NCBI GenBank assembly: GCA_037441285.1
Contig: JBBISL010000002.1
Coordinates: forward strand, 32,001 to 96,000
Length of the DNA: 64,000 bases
From: a candidate division WOR-3 bacterium
GTDB taxonomy: Bacteria > Hydrothermota > Tepidihabitantia > Tepidihabitantales > Tepidihabitantaceae
Reading direction: 5' to 3'
Shown here: positions 46,929 to 56,481 of the stretch, in pieces
Numbering within the stretch: the first letter of the stretch is position 1
Layout of the letters: each line of letters begins with the position of its first letter
The notes under the pieces: model-generated
Seen by the model: only the letters and a program-made list of their open reading frames with translations
Database searches by the model: none
Told to the model about the DNA's origin: nothing
Program-made: the position numbers and the translations under genes

Positions 46929-47089
46929 GCTGGGATAATATTTATCCCCGGACAAATGTCAATTCCCGCCATCACCCGTCCGAATACCCGACTAACCTTT
47001 TGCCAATCTTACCCCGGCACCGGCACTGATAACAATCGGTATCCCGCTCCTCATTTGACCTGTTATCAGGCGATGTTAAAATTTAACCT

Positions 47090-47752
47090 GTGCCTGAAAA
47101 CTGGCGGAAACTTACTTTGGCAATCATTCTGCTTTTTGCCTGTGTGTCCGAAACCGCCCGCCTGCGTCGGCAACTTACCAGTTCAGACCCGGAACTCCGT
47201 GCCCAGGCGGCAAAAAGGCTGGGCGAACTCAAAGACAAACCTTCGGTTCCCCTCCTTCTCACCCTTCTTGAAGACTCAATGCCCGCGGTCCGGTTTGAAG
47301 CCGGACTGGCATTGGGTAACATCGGCGGCCCCCAGGCGATTGAGCCGCTCTTTGACGCCATTCAGAAAGAACCGCAGGAAGACATCGCAATGGCGTTCAC
47401 CAAAGCGCTTGGTGACCTTGGCGCAAAAGCGCTTGACCGCCTCATCATCTTAACCAGCGCGCCACGCCGCCTGGTTCGAATGACCGCGTGTCGGGCACTG
47501 GGCAGAATCGGCTCCAACAAAGCGGTTGACCCTTTAATCCAGCGCCTGAACGACCCTGACCCCCAGGTCCGCAAAGCCGCCATCTCTGCCCTGCGCCGGA
47601 TTGGTGACCCAAAGGGAATGGATGCAATCGCCCGTAAACTTGCCAGTCCGGACTACACCACCGAACAGGCAGCAGAACAGGCTTTGAGCGGCTCAGGCTA
47701 TGAAGAGCAGATGGACGAAATTCGCTCAATTCTGCGCCGACTAAACCGGTAA
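47090..47752 (+). CDS. HEAT/PBS-repeat lipoprotein
   Basis: Lipobox LFA-C; VR..A..ALG.IG repeats. Confidence 0.8.
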   Translation: MPENWRKLTLAIILLFACVSETARLRRQLTSSDPELRAQAAKRLGELKDKPSVPLLLTLLEDSMPAVRFEAGLALGNIGGPQAIEPLFDAIQKEPQEDIAMAFTKALGDLGAKALDRLIILTSAPRRLVRMTACRALGRIGSNKAVDPLIQRLNDPDPQVRKAAISALRRIGDPKGMDAIARKLASPDYTTEQAAEQALSGSGYEEQMDEIRSILRRLNR

Positions 47753-47873
47753 ATACCGTTCCCCTGCCCAGACTTAAACCATCCTCAACCTCCGGTTGTG
47801 ACAAACTCCGCGGGACAAGAGATTCTATGACCCGACATCACGATAAAACTGACCTTAAAATTACCCCGGACTC

Positions 47874-48005
47874 AAATATCCCATACCGTCCCGGAAACTA
47901 CCCCGGGGTTGGGTTGGGAAAATTGAGCCGAGACGAATTAACCATTTAAATCACAACGCCTTACACCGATAATTCTTATCGCCGGCTGTATACTTTAAAG
48001 TATAC
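47874..48005 (-). repeat. Copy B (inverted) of 132-bp intergenic element
   Basis: Block 47874-47927; 60-bp spacer; palindrome GTATACTTTAAAGTATAC at 47988-48005. Confidence 0.9.
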
Positions 48006-48167
48006 CGACCGCACCTGTTTTAAGTACTACGCCGGGGTTGAATTGACTTAGAAATTCCCTTGTCTAATTCAAACCAGTGTTTCCACCCTGCGCCATTTGC
48101 TCATCACCATTCTTGCCACCTGTCCTTGACTTTAACTGAATAATTTCCTAAACTTAAAGACTGGACA

Positions 48168-49337
48168 ATGAACCTTATTATGTCGGTCGCGGCGCTGTTA
48201 GCAACGGCAGTCGGCACGGGCAATCTCAAGGTCGAACTGGACCAGATGGTTTACCTTGATAGCGCCCGGACTCCGCACCTCGAACTGTCTTACGAAATTC
48301 CTTACAATACGCTGTCTTTTGTCCGTGATTCCGGCGGGTATGTCGCCCGGTTCCGCCTGACCCTTGAGGTGCTGGACAAAAAGAAAAATCCCATTGCGGA
48401 TGAGGTCTGGGAAAGGAAACACTGGCTCAACGAATATCCCCTGACTCAGCGCCGGGATTTGAGCTTCAGCGAATTACTGACCAGCCCCATTCCGGCGGCC
48501 GCTACCCAGTTCCGGCTCACTGTTCAGGACCTGCAGAGTGAGCGTCAGGCAATCGCCACCTTTCCGGTCAAAATTGAACCGGGCGTACTCCGTTTGCGTC
48601 CCTTGAAGTCGGGCCAGATTAACCCCGGTCGCACTTATGGTCTCAACGACACGGTTGTGGTGCTGGCTGAAGCCGGCACCGAGCACCAGGGTGATAGTGT
48701 CCGGTTTGTCGTTCGCAAGGGAATAAGGGCGTTAATTCGCCACACCGTCCCGGCAATTGAATCGGCCGGAATTCAACAGGCACGGTTTATCCTGCCCGTT
48801 GCCGACTCATCTGGTATCCCCCAGCTCAGTTCCGGCGAATATACCATCGAAGCGATGCTCGTCTCTGCCGAAAGCATCAGCCCGGCGAGTAAAACCACCT
48901 TCTCGGTCCACCTCCCTTTTTACTATGACGACAGCCTCTGGTTGGTAAAGGTTGACCAGTTGCTCTACATCGCCTCCTACGAAGAGATGCGCCAGTTAAA
49001 GAAAACACCCCGTGCCCAGCGGCTTTCGGCTTGGCAGGAGTTCTGGCGCAATAAAGACCCGAATCCCTCAACTCCGGCAAACGAAGCCGAAGAGGAGTAC
49101 TTTGAACGAATCGCCTATTGTGAGGAACATTTTGGCAAAGGCGATAAGGGTTACCGCAGTGACCGGGCACAGGTTTATGTCCAGTATGGGCCGCCCGACC
49201 AGATTGAGTTGCAGCCTTTTAACATCGACCGGCCCGCGCAGGAAATCTGGTACTATTACGAAAAAAACCTTACTTTTGTATTTGTCGACCGTTTTGGGTC
49301 CGGTGAATTTGTTCTGTTAACCCCGGGGAGGCGTTAG
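48168..49337 (+). CDS. GWxTD domain-containing protein
   Basis: FWRNKDP.P.T..NE..EEY..RI.Y, GYRSDRAQVYVQYGPPD, EIWYY, F.FVD..G.G.F; promoter TTGACT-17-TAAACT at 48126-48154. Confidence 0.85.
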   Translation: MNLIMSVAALLATAVGTGNLKVELDQMVYLDSARTPHLELSYEIPYNTLSFVRDSGGYVARFRLTLEVLDKKKNPIADEVWERKHWLNEYPLTQRRDLSFSELLTSPIPAAATQFRLTVQDLQSERQAIATFPVKIEPGVLRLRPLKSGQINPGRTYGLNDTVVVLAEAGTEHQGDSVRFVVRKGIRALIRHTVPAIESAGIQQARFILPVADSSGIPQLSSGEYTIEAMLVSAESISPASKTTFSVHLPFYYDDSLWLVKVDQLLYIASYEEMRQLKKTPRAQRLSAWQEFWRNKDPNPSTPANEAEEEYFERIAYCEEHFGKGDKGYRSDRAQVYVQYGPPDQIELQPFNIDRPAQEIWYYYEKNLTFVFVDRFGSGEFVLLTPGRR

Positions 49338-50594
49338 ATGGCAAGTTTGCTCTTATTCAGTTTAACCGTTTTCGCAACACTGCAGTTTGACCTTGATTGG
49401 GCGGTCTTTCGGGGCGAGAGCGACTCGAGCCGGGTCGAATTTTACTACGCCGTTCCCTTTGACCAGCTGGCTTTTCAACCGGGTGCTGAGGGCCTGGTTG
49501 CCCTGTTTATGGTCAGTACCGAACTCCAGGGCATCGATGTGCAATTTTCCGAATCCGGTACGATAAACAAACGCGCCCGCATCAAAAGTTTTCAGGATGC
49601 GGCACAGCACCAGCGCACATTCGTTGACCAGTTCAGCATCAACGCCCCTCCCGGCACCTATCAGGTAAAGGTAACGATTGCCGACTCTTTGAACCAGGGG
49701 ACAATTATCGACACCTTAACGGTTCCGGACTTCGCCTCTCACCTCGCCTTGAGTTCAATCCAGCTGGCGATTGCCTTCTTGCGTGATACCGCCACCGGTA
49801 GATTGGTTGTTGTCCCCAATCCCGGACGCCGGTTTGGCTCCGACGCCCAAAACCTGTGCGCCTATCTTGAAGGTTACGGGCTTATCCCTGACTCCGGCAC
49901 TTACGAGTTCCGATACTACCTGCTCGATGTGTTGAGTAAAGACACCATTGTCCGTTCCGCACCGATTGTCCGGAAAAAGTCGGGCGCAAAAACCAGCATC
50001 ACCCTCGAACTGGGCATCGACAGTATTCAAGACGGTTCCTATCTCTTTGCTGTAAGCCTCACCGACCATAGCAACAACCGGACCGTAACCACCGCCCGAC
50101 AATTTACCATTGGTAGCATTGCGCCACCACCCCGCCCCTACACTTTTCAACCTTCCCCCCAGGAAGAAAAGTACTACCGGAAACTGGAGTTCATTGCGAC
50201 CCCCAAAGAACTCGCCTACTACAATTCGCTCTCGGACTCCGGTAAAGTCGCCTACCTCGCCTGGTTCTGGTCAAAACACAACCTCACCGAGTTTGTGCGC
50301 CGGATGGAAACCGCCGAAGGTCGCTACCGCAGCGGCAGAACTTCCGGCATCAATACCGACCGGGGTCGGGTGTATGTCCGCTACGGCGAACCGGATGCGG
50401 TGGAACGCAAAACAATGGAGATGGAGATAAAACCGCGCGAGTACTGGTTCTATTACCAGTTAGGATACACCTTTGTCTTTATCGACACCCGGGGTGACGG
50501 TAATTACCGGCTCGCCTGGACCAACAGTCCAGACGAGCCTGCCACCGGACTGGAAAACCTGTTGACCCCGGAGGAAATCGACCAGTTTCGCTGA
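49338..50594 (+). CDS. GWxTD domain-containing protein
   Basis: GINTDRGRVYVRYGEPD, EYWFY, FVFID..GDGNY.L. Confidence 0.85.
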   Translation: MASLLLFSLTVFATLQFDLDWAVFRGESDSSRVEFYYAVPFDQLAFQPGAEGLVALFMVSTELQGIDVQFSESGTINKRARIKSFQDAAQHQRTFVDQFSINAPPGTYQVKVTIADSLNQGTIIDTLTVPDFASHLALSSIQLAIAFLRDTATGRLVVVPNPGRRFGSDAQNLCAYLEGYGLIPDSGTYEFRYYLLDVLSKDTIVRSAPIVRKKSGAKTSITLELGIDSIQDGSYLFAVSLTDHSNNRTVTTARQFTIGSIAPPPRPYTFQPSPQEEKYYRKLEFIATPKELAYYNSLSDSGKVAYLAWFWSKHNLTEFVRRMETAEGRYRSGRTSGINTDRGRVYVRYGEPDAVERKTMEMEIKPREYWFYYQLGYTFVFIDTRGDGNYRLAWTNSPDEPATGLENLLTPEEIDQFR

Positions 50595-50605
50595 GGGAGA
50601 AGTTA

Positions 50606-51400
50606 ATGGCAGAAAAAGACCGCTGTGCCCTTGTTGAGTTTAACATCTTCAAAAGCGACTGGTGCCTTCTACCCGCTAATCTTGACTTCAACCCCGGGGA
50701 AATGGTCATCATTGGCGATGAGGAAGGGGAAGATTTAGGTAAACTGGTAATGATTGACGCTACCGGTTCCCGGCCTACTGAAGGTGTTGTCCTGCGCCGT
50801 GCCACTGAAGAAGACCTGCGGGTCCGCACCGAACTGGACCTCAAAACCAAGCAGACCCTGGAAATCTTTCGCCGGTTGCGTGATGAGTATCGGCTCGAAA
50901 TGCAGGTCGTGGGTGCCCACTGGCGACTCGATAAGAAAAAGGTCTGTTTTTACTTCATATCCGACCAGAAACTGAACTTCCGGATGTTCCACAAAGCGCT
51001 CGCCTCAGCGCTCAATGTGCGCGTCGCAATTAAACAGATTGGGGTTCGCGACCATGCCCGACTTCTTGGCGGCATTGGACCCTGCGGTCGCATCCTTTGC
51101 TGCCAGCAATTTCTCAAGGAGTTAAAACCGATTACCCTGCGGATGGCGCGCCAGCAGAATTTGTTTGTCGAACCAACCAAAATCTCCGGGCTCTGCGGCA
51201 AACTGCTCTGCTGCCTTGCCTACGAAGAAGACACTTATCGATGGTTACTCCTGTGCCCGCGTATTGGTGACCTGGTTAAAACCGCCCGGGGTGTTGGAAC
51301 GGTCACCGGTGTTGACCCGTTGACCCATCGGCTCTCAATCCGTTATCAGGACGGTTCCGAAACTACCGTCGCACTCGAGGAGGTGAATACCAATGAATAA
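50606..51400 (+). CDS. ricT: PSP1/RicT (YaaT) family protein
   Basis: QIGVRDHA..LGGIGPCGR.LCC, KISGLCGKLLCCLAYE. Confidence 0.9.
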   Translation: MAEKDRCALVEFNIFKSDWCLLPANLDFNPGEMVIIGDEEGEDLGKLVMIDATGSRPTEGVVLRRATEEDLRVRTELDLKTKQTLEIFRRLRDEYRLEMQVVGAHWRLDKKKVCFYFISDQKLNFRMFHKALASALNVRVAIKQIGVRDHARLLGGIGPCGRILCCQQFLKELKPITLRMARQQNLFVEPTKISGLCGKLLCCLAYEEDTYRWLLLCPRIGDLVKTARGVGTVTGVDPLTHRLSIRYQDGSETTVALEEVNTNE

Positions 51401-52634
51401 ATCAACTCTGGCGGCGATTGCCAGAACCGAAGGGTTGAAACCCGCTGAACTGCGCCGCCTCATTGAATCCGGTAGGGTTGTTCTTCTCCAGAACCGGAAG
51501 CGGAAAATCAAACCGCTTGCCGTCGGTGAGAAAACCCGGGTGAAGGTCAACGCCAACATTGGTACCTCCCCGGACCGGATTGATGTTGAAACCGAACTGG
51601 AAAAACTGCGCGTTGCGGTTGCCGCTGGTGCTGATACGGTAATGGACCTTTCAATCGGCGGCGCCGTGGACGAAATTCGTCAGGAGGTCATTCGCAATTC
51701 CCCGGTGCCGGTCGGCACCGTGCCGGTCTACCAAGTGGCACTTACCGCGCGCCAGCACCGGCGCTCCTTTCCAGAAGTTACCGTCAAAGAAATCTTTGAG
51801 GGCATTGAAAAGCACCTGGCCGACGGTGTTGACTTCATCACCGTACACTGCGGCGTAACCCGGAAAAATCTCGGCACGGTGCGCAAACGCCTGGGTGGTG
51901 TTGTCAGTCGGGGTGGGGTGATGATGATGGAATGGATGAAATTCAACCGCCGGGAAAATCCGCTTTATGAACATTACGACGAACTACTGGCAATGGCAAA
52001 AGAGTATCACGCCACCCTATCATTAGGTGATGGGCTGCGTCCCGGTGCGATTGCCGACGCCACCGACGAAGCCCAGATTTCAGAACTTTTAACCATTGGC
52101 GAACTGGTGCAGCGTGCCCGAGCCGCTGGTGTTCAGGCGATGGTCGAAGGACCGGGCCACATTCCGATTGACCAGATTGAGGCGAACATTTTACTGGAAA
52201 AGACGGTCTGCGACGGCGCCCCGTTTTATGTCCTTGGTCCTTTGGTAACCGACATCGCCTGCGGCTACGACCACATTACCGCCGCGATTGGTGGCGCCCT
52301 TGCTGCCTACTACGGTGCCGATTTTCTCTGCTATGTTACCCCATCAGAACACCTCGGACTTCCTGATGTCGAAGATGTCCGGGAAGGGGTTATCGCATCG
52401 CGCATTGCCGCCCATGCCGCTGATATCGCTCGCCATCATCCCGGCGCGATTGACTGGGACGACAAACTTTCCCGCTTTCGTGCCCGCCTCCAGTGGGGCA
52501 AAATGATTGCCCAGAGTCTTGACCCAGAGCGGGCAAAGGTGGTATTTGCCATTCAGCCTTCGCGCACCGAAGGCGCCTGTACGATGTGTGGCGAATTTTG
52601 TGCTGTTAAGAAAACAAAGGAGACGATTCTATGA
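51393..52634 (+). CDS. thiC: Phosphomethylpyrimidine synthase (ThiC family, short form)
   Basis: KVNANIGTS, DTVMDLS, VSRGG, SLGDGLRPG, EGPGH, CYVTPSEHL, CTMCGEFC. Confidence 0.9.
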   Translation: MNKSTLAAIARTEGLKPAELRRLIESGRVVLLQNRKRKIKPLAVGEKTRVKVNANIGTSPDRIDVETELEKLRVAVAAGADTVMDLSIGGAVDEIRQEVIRNSPVPVGTVPVYQVALTARQHRRSFPEVTVKEIFEGIEKHLADGVDFITVHCGVTRKNLGTVRKRLGGVVSRGGVMMMEWMKFNRRENPLYEHYDELLAMAKEYHATLSLGDGLRPGAIADATDEAQISELLTIGELVQRARAAGVQAMVEGPGHIPIDQIEANILLEKTVCDGAPFYVLGPLVTDIACGYDHITAAIGGALAAYYGADFLCYVTPSEHLGLPDVEDVREGVIASRIAAHAADIARHHPGAIDWDDKLSRFRARLQWGKMIAQSLDPERAKVVFAIQPSRTEGACTMCGEFCAVKKTKETIL

Positions 52635-53746
52635 TTAAACCAAAATACAAACTCTACACCCCGGGACCGGTCGCGGTACCGGCGGAGTATCTCAAAGCCC
52701 TGAACAACGACCTCGTGTACCACCGTGAGGCAAGTTTTGCCGCGCTCCAGGATTCGGTAATGAAGGGGCTGGCAAAACTTTTCCTCACCCGCCAGCCGGT
52801 TTATGTGCTCACTGCTTCTGGAACCGGCGCGATGGAAGCCGCCGTCGCCAATCTTGTCAATCCCCAGGACCGGGTCATCGTTGCTGTCTGTGGCAAGTTT
52901 GGCGAGCGCTGGCGGGAACTGGTCATCCGTTTTGGGGGTTATGTTGACGAACTCAATCGGCCCTATGGGGAATCCATCCCACCCGACGAACTGGAGCGCA
53001 AACTGAAGTCAAATGACGCCGCCCGCTGTGTCTTCACCACCCTCACCGAAACATCAACCGGTGCCCTCAACGATATCAAGGCGTTCGGTGAAATCTGCTA
53101 CCGCCTGAACCGCATTCTCGTTGTCGATGCCGTTGCCGGTACGGGGGTTGACGAACTCCAGATGGACGCCTGGCACATCGATGTTGTCCTTGCCGGCTCC
53201 CAGAAAGGACTGGCGATACCACCCGGACTATCTTTCATCGCCCTTAGCCCCCGTGCCTGGGAGCAGGTTGAAAAGTGCAAAAACAGCCGTTACTACTTTG
53301 ACCTGCGCAAGTACCGTCAGTTTGCGGAAAAAGGGCAAACACCCTGGACCCCGGCAATTTCTATCTACTATGCCCTTGACCTCGCTCTCAAGAAATTCCA
53401 CCGGCGCGGTGTTAAGAAAAACTGGCAGGAAAAGGCAGTCCTTGCCCGTTATGTCCGGGACAAAGTAACAAAGATGGGACTCCCAATCTTCCCGAAGAAC
53501 CCGGCAAACGCCCTTACGGTCATCCAGTTACCGGAAGGAATCGACGGCACGAAAATCGTGGACATCTGCAAAACCCAGTACCGCATCCTCCTCGCCAATG
53601 GCCAGGCCGAGATGCGCGGTAAAGTGGTTCGTATCGGACATATGGCACCGATGACAAAAACTGAAGCCGACCGGGTGTTGAAACATTTTTATCTTGCTTA
53701 TAAGAAGGTTGCCGAGAAATCGGGTACGGGCGGTCGCAGTAGTTAA
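52631..53746 (+). CDS. Class V PLP aminotransferase (serine-pyruvate/alanine-glyoxylate type)
   Basis: TPGP, SGTGAMEA, ETSTG, VDAV, GSQKGL..PPG, TPWTP, RIGHM. Confidence 0.92.
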   Translation: MIKPKYKLYTPGPVAVPAEYLKALNNDLVYHREASFAALQDSVMKGLAKLFLTRQPVYVLTASGTGAMEAAVANLVNPQDRVIVAVCGKFGERWRELVIRFGGYVDELNRPYGESIPPDELERKLKSNDAARCVFTTLTETSTGALNDIKAFGEICYRLNRILVVDAVAGTGVDELQMDAWHIDVVLAGSQKGLAIPPGLSFIALSPRAWEQVEKCKNSRYYFDLRKYRQFAEKGQTPWTPAISIYYALDLALKKFHRRGVKKNWQEKAVLARYVRDKVTKMGLPIFPKNPANALTVIQLPEGIDGTKIVDICKTQYRILLANGQAEMRGKVVRIGHMAPMTKTEADRVLKHFYLAYKKVAEKSGTGGRSS

Positions 53747-53909
53747 CAACCTGTAAATCAAGCACTTAACAGTGCGTCCCCGGCTGCCTTACTAAGCACC
53801 AGCACTTCTCCTTTTCCCGGTACTATTAACTAACACATTAAAAATCAATTAATTAACGGCGCGGCTTTCTCTGGCATGAATGGTGTATTACTATGGTTCG
53901 GGAAGGAAG

Positions 53910-54092
53910 ATGAAACTAAAGCGCCCTCGTCCCTCAAACCTCCTGCTTGCCGGGTTATTGATGATTTCGCTCGGCTGGGCAGCCAGCGCCCACCTGGGTC
54001 CGGCTGAAGCGCTCATTCCGATTGCCGGGGTTGTCGCCGGTCTGACAATTCTTACGACCGTTGTCTCGGGTGGACCCCGGGCTTTTCTATAG
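53910..54092 (+). CDS. Small membrane protein, two hydrophobic helices
   Basis: ggaagg SD-like before ATG 53910; fills the intergenic gap. Confidence 0.55.
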   Translation: MKLKRPRPSNLLLAGLLMISLGWAASAHLGPAEALIPIAGVVAGLTILTTVVSGGPRAFL

Positions 54093-54105
54093 CAGTTTCG
54101 TGCTC

Positions 54106-54747
54106 TTAATCCTGTTCGCCCGGCAGCCGGAATTTTACCATTATCCGTAAAAAAACAACCAGGTAGTTGATAAATGAAACCACAATCAAAACCAGTACCG
54201 TGTAATCGGCAAAACTTTTAAAATGGTCAAGCCGGGGTACGATTCCACTCAAGAAACCGTTTCCCGCATCACTGCTTAAGGTGTAAAAGAGGATTAACAG
54301 GGCAAACGCACATCCCGTAATCTTACCCACAACATCCGAAGAAACAAACGAACCCCGAACCTTCATCACTACTGCGCTCCCGGCAAGTATCAATAGGTCG
54401 CGCAGGATGACCGCACCGGCAACAAACAGCGGCAGGTCACTGGTGTAAACCAGCGTAATCAAAACCGACCCAATCCAGATTTTGTCAACTAAATGGTCCA
54501 GTACCCGTCCGGTATTGGAAACCTGCCCCAGACGCCGGGCAAGATACCCATCCAGCGCATCAGTTGACCAGGAAACAAGCATTACAATTACCGCTGGCAC
54601 CGCCGCGCGCCGGAAAAGAAAAAAAAGGACCAGCGGCAAAAGCACCAGTCGCGAGATCGAAAGAAGATTGGGAATCGTCAACAAGCGGTTGCCGTTTTTC
54701 TGCCCATCCTCGCCGTTTTTTCTGTTCACCGTTGACTCCCGGACCAT
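54106..54747 (-). CDS. pgsA: CDP-alcohol phosphatidyltransferase (PgsA-like)
   Basis: TIPNLLS..R, DALDGYLARR...G..LD...DK. Confidence 0.8.
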   Translation of the reverse strand: MVRESTVNRKNGEDGQKNGNRLLTIPNLLSISRLVLLPLVLFFLFRRAAVPAVIVMLVSWSTDALDGYLARRLGQVSNTGRVLDHLVDKIWIGSVLITLVYTSDLPLFVAGAVILRDLLILAGSAVVMKVRGSFVSSDVVGKITGCAFALLILFYTLSSDAGNGFLSGIVPRLDHFKSFADYTVLVLIVVSFINYLVVFLRIMVKFRLPGEQD

Positions 54748-55619
54748 TTCAACTTGTTGCGCAGGATTTCAAAGTAACTCTTCTTTTTCGGCACAACCAG
54801 CCGCACCATGTAATTCGCCCGGGTAATCGTTAAACGGTCACCCCGGTGGAAGCGCCAGCGCCGCTGTCCATCAAGGGTCACAACCGCCTCCTCTGATTTA
54901 CCGGTAAGTTCCAACTGAATCATCCCATCCCCGGGTAAAACAATCGGCCTTGCCGTCAATGCGTGCGGACACAACGGGGTAATGACCACCGCCGTCATCG
55001 TCGGAAAAATAACTGGACCGCCCGCTGCCAGCGAATAAGCGGTTGAACCGGTCGGTGTTGCGATAACAACCCCATCGCCCACAAACTTATTCAAAAACTG
55101 ACCCTGCCAGTTTAAAACCACCTCTACCACCCGGCCCGAGGGTCCCATATTCACTGCACAATCGTTAAAGGCATAACCGGTCTTTGTTTGTCCAGAACCG
55201 TAACTCACCTGACCGGCGAGCACCATCCTTTTCTCCTCGCCAAACTTCCCCCGGGCAAAATCGCTGATTCCCTGCCGCGCTTCCCCGGTTGAAAACTCTG
55301 TAAGAAAACCCCGCCCCCCCGAATTGACCCCCATTATTGGTATGTGTTTTTGCCCGACCATCTGAACCGCTTTCAAAAGCGTACCATCGCCACCCAGCGC
55401 CACCACCAGGTCTGCATCCTTAGCCCCCCCTCGAAAAACCGGGCAGATTTTCTCCATTGACCTGTCCGGCTTTTCCACAAAAAAACAGTCAAAACCCTTA
55501 TCTTTTAACCACCGTATTAGACCGGGCACAAATCGATGTGCTACCGGTTTACTCCAGTTTACGACCAATCCGACCTTAATCTTATTTTCCGACCCAACCT
55601 TTCCCTTACCTTTTAACAC
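54726..55619 (-). CDS. nadK: NAD kinase
   Basis: GGDGT, GFLT, ND, GDG..IATPTGSTAYSLAAGGP; start GTG 55619 after aggagg. Confidence 0.93.
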   Translation of the reverse strand: MLKGKGKVGSENKIKVGLVVNWSKPVAHRFVPGLIRWLKDKGFDCFFVEKPDRSMEKICPVFRGGAKDADLVVALGGDGTLLKAVQMVGQKHIPIMGVNSGGRGFLTEFSTGEARQGISDFARGKFGEEKRMVLAGQVSYGSGQTKTGYAFNDCAVNMGPSGRVVEVVLNWQGQFLNKFVGDGVVIATPTGSTAYSLAAGGPVIFPTMTAVVITPLCPHALTARPIVLPGDGMIQLELTGKSEEAVVTLDGQRRWRFHRGDRLTITRANYMVRLVVPKKKSYFEILRNKLKWSGSQR

Positions 55620-56481
55620 CGCCCACCTCCTTACGATAAAAAACATAGCGCATCTTGCCCCAGAGGTCCTGCTCCACTTCCGCTGCCGGCAACAACCCCT
55701 GCACATACTCGCCCTGGGTATGGTCAATCTCCAGTGCCAGAACCCCTCCCGGTGCCAGTAGTTCCACCCCTTCAGTAATCAACATCTTCACCACCTCAAC
55801 CCCGAGAAAACCACCGTCAAGACTGATTCTGGGTTCATAATCCCGCACCCGCACCGGCAAGCGGTCCCGACGCTCATTTGGGATGTAAGGCGGATTTGAA
55901 ATCAACAGCTCCACCCGACCCCGTACCGCGTCAAGTTTATCATCGCTCAATTTCCCCATCTGAACCAGCCGCACCCGGTTGCTTAACCGGTACCGCCGCA
56001 CATTCTTCGCCGCCACCGCCAGCGCCTGAGATGAAATGTCAACCGCCCAGACCTCTGCCTCGGGAAATATCCGTGCCAGTGCAATCGCGATGCAACCGGA
56101 ACCGGTGCCATAATCAACTATCACCCCTGTCTTTTTAACCCGTGCTGCCGCGCGCAGCACCAGTTCCTCGGTCTCCGGTCGGGGAATGAACACCCGTTCA
56201 TCAACATACAGTTCCAGGTCGAGAAATGGCGCCTGATTGACAAGGTACTGAACCGGTACTCCCTTTTGTGCCGCGCTCACCATCTGCCGGAACACCTGTG
56301 CCCTTTGCTCATCCATCTGCCCGCCCTCAAGGTAAAGCACGTGTCGTTTTAACCCCAGAAGCCCCATCAAAAGAAACTCCGCCTCTTCCCGCGGAATTAA
56401 ACGCGCCGCCCGTTGCAACTCAGCAACTGTTGTTACCCTTGGGTAAGCCCGGTCCGCTTCAATTAACCCCTCAAATCTCAT
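55606..56481 (-). CDS. prmC: Release factor glutamine methyltransferase
   Basis: PVQY, IPRPETE, GTGSGCI, SNPPY; directly after prfA. Confidence 0.95.
   Translation of the reverse strand: MRFEGLIEADRAYPRVTTVAELQRAARLIPREEAEFLLMGLLGLKRHVLYLEGGQMDEQRAQVFRQMVSAAQKGVPVQYLVNQAPFLDLELYVDERVFIPRPETEELVLRAAARVKKTGVIVDYGTGSGCIAIALARIFPEAEVWAVDISSQALAVAAKNVRRYRLSNRVRLVQMGKLSDDKLDAVRGRVELLISNPPYIPNERRDRLPVRVRDYEPRISLDGGFLGVEVVKMLITEGVELLAPGGVLALEIDHTQGEYVQGLLPAAEVEQDLWGKMRYVFYRKEVGGVKR

Noticed and set aside
47827..47949. 40-codon ORF through the repeat block
   Set aside because: The same frame has a stop in copy A; the other conserved frame has no ATG/GTG/TTG start upstream of the block in copy B
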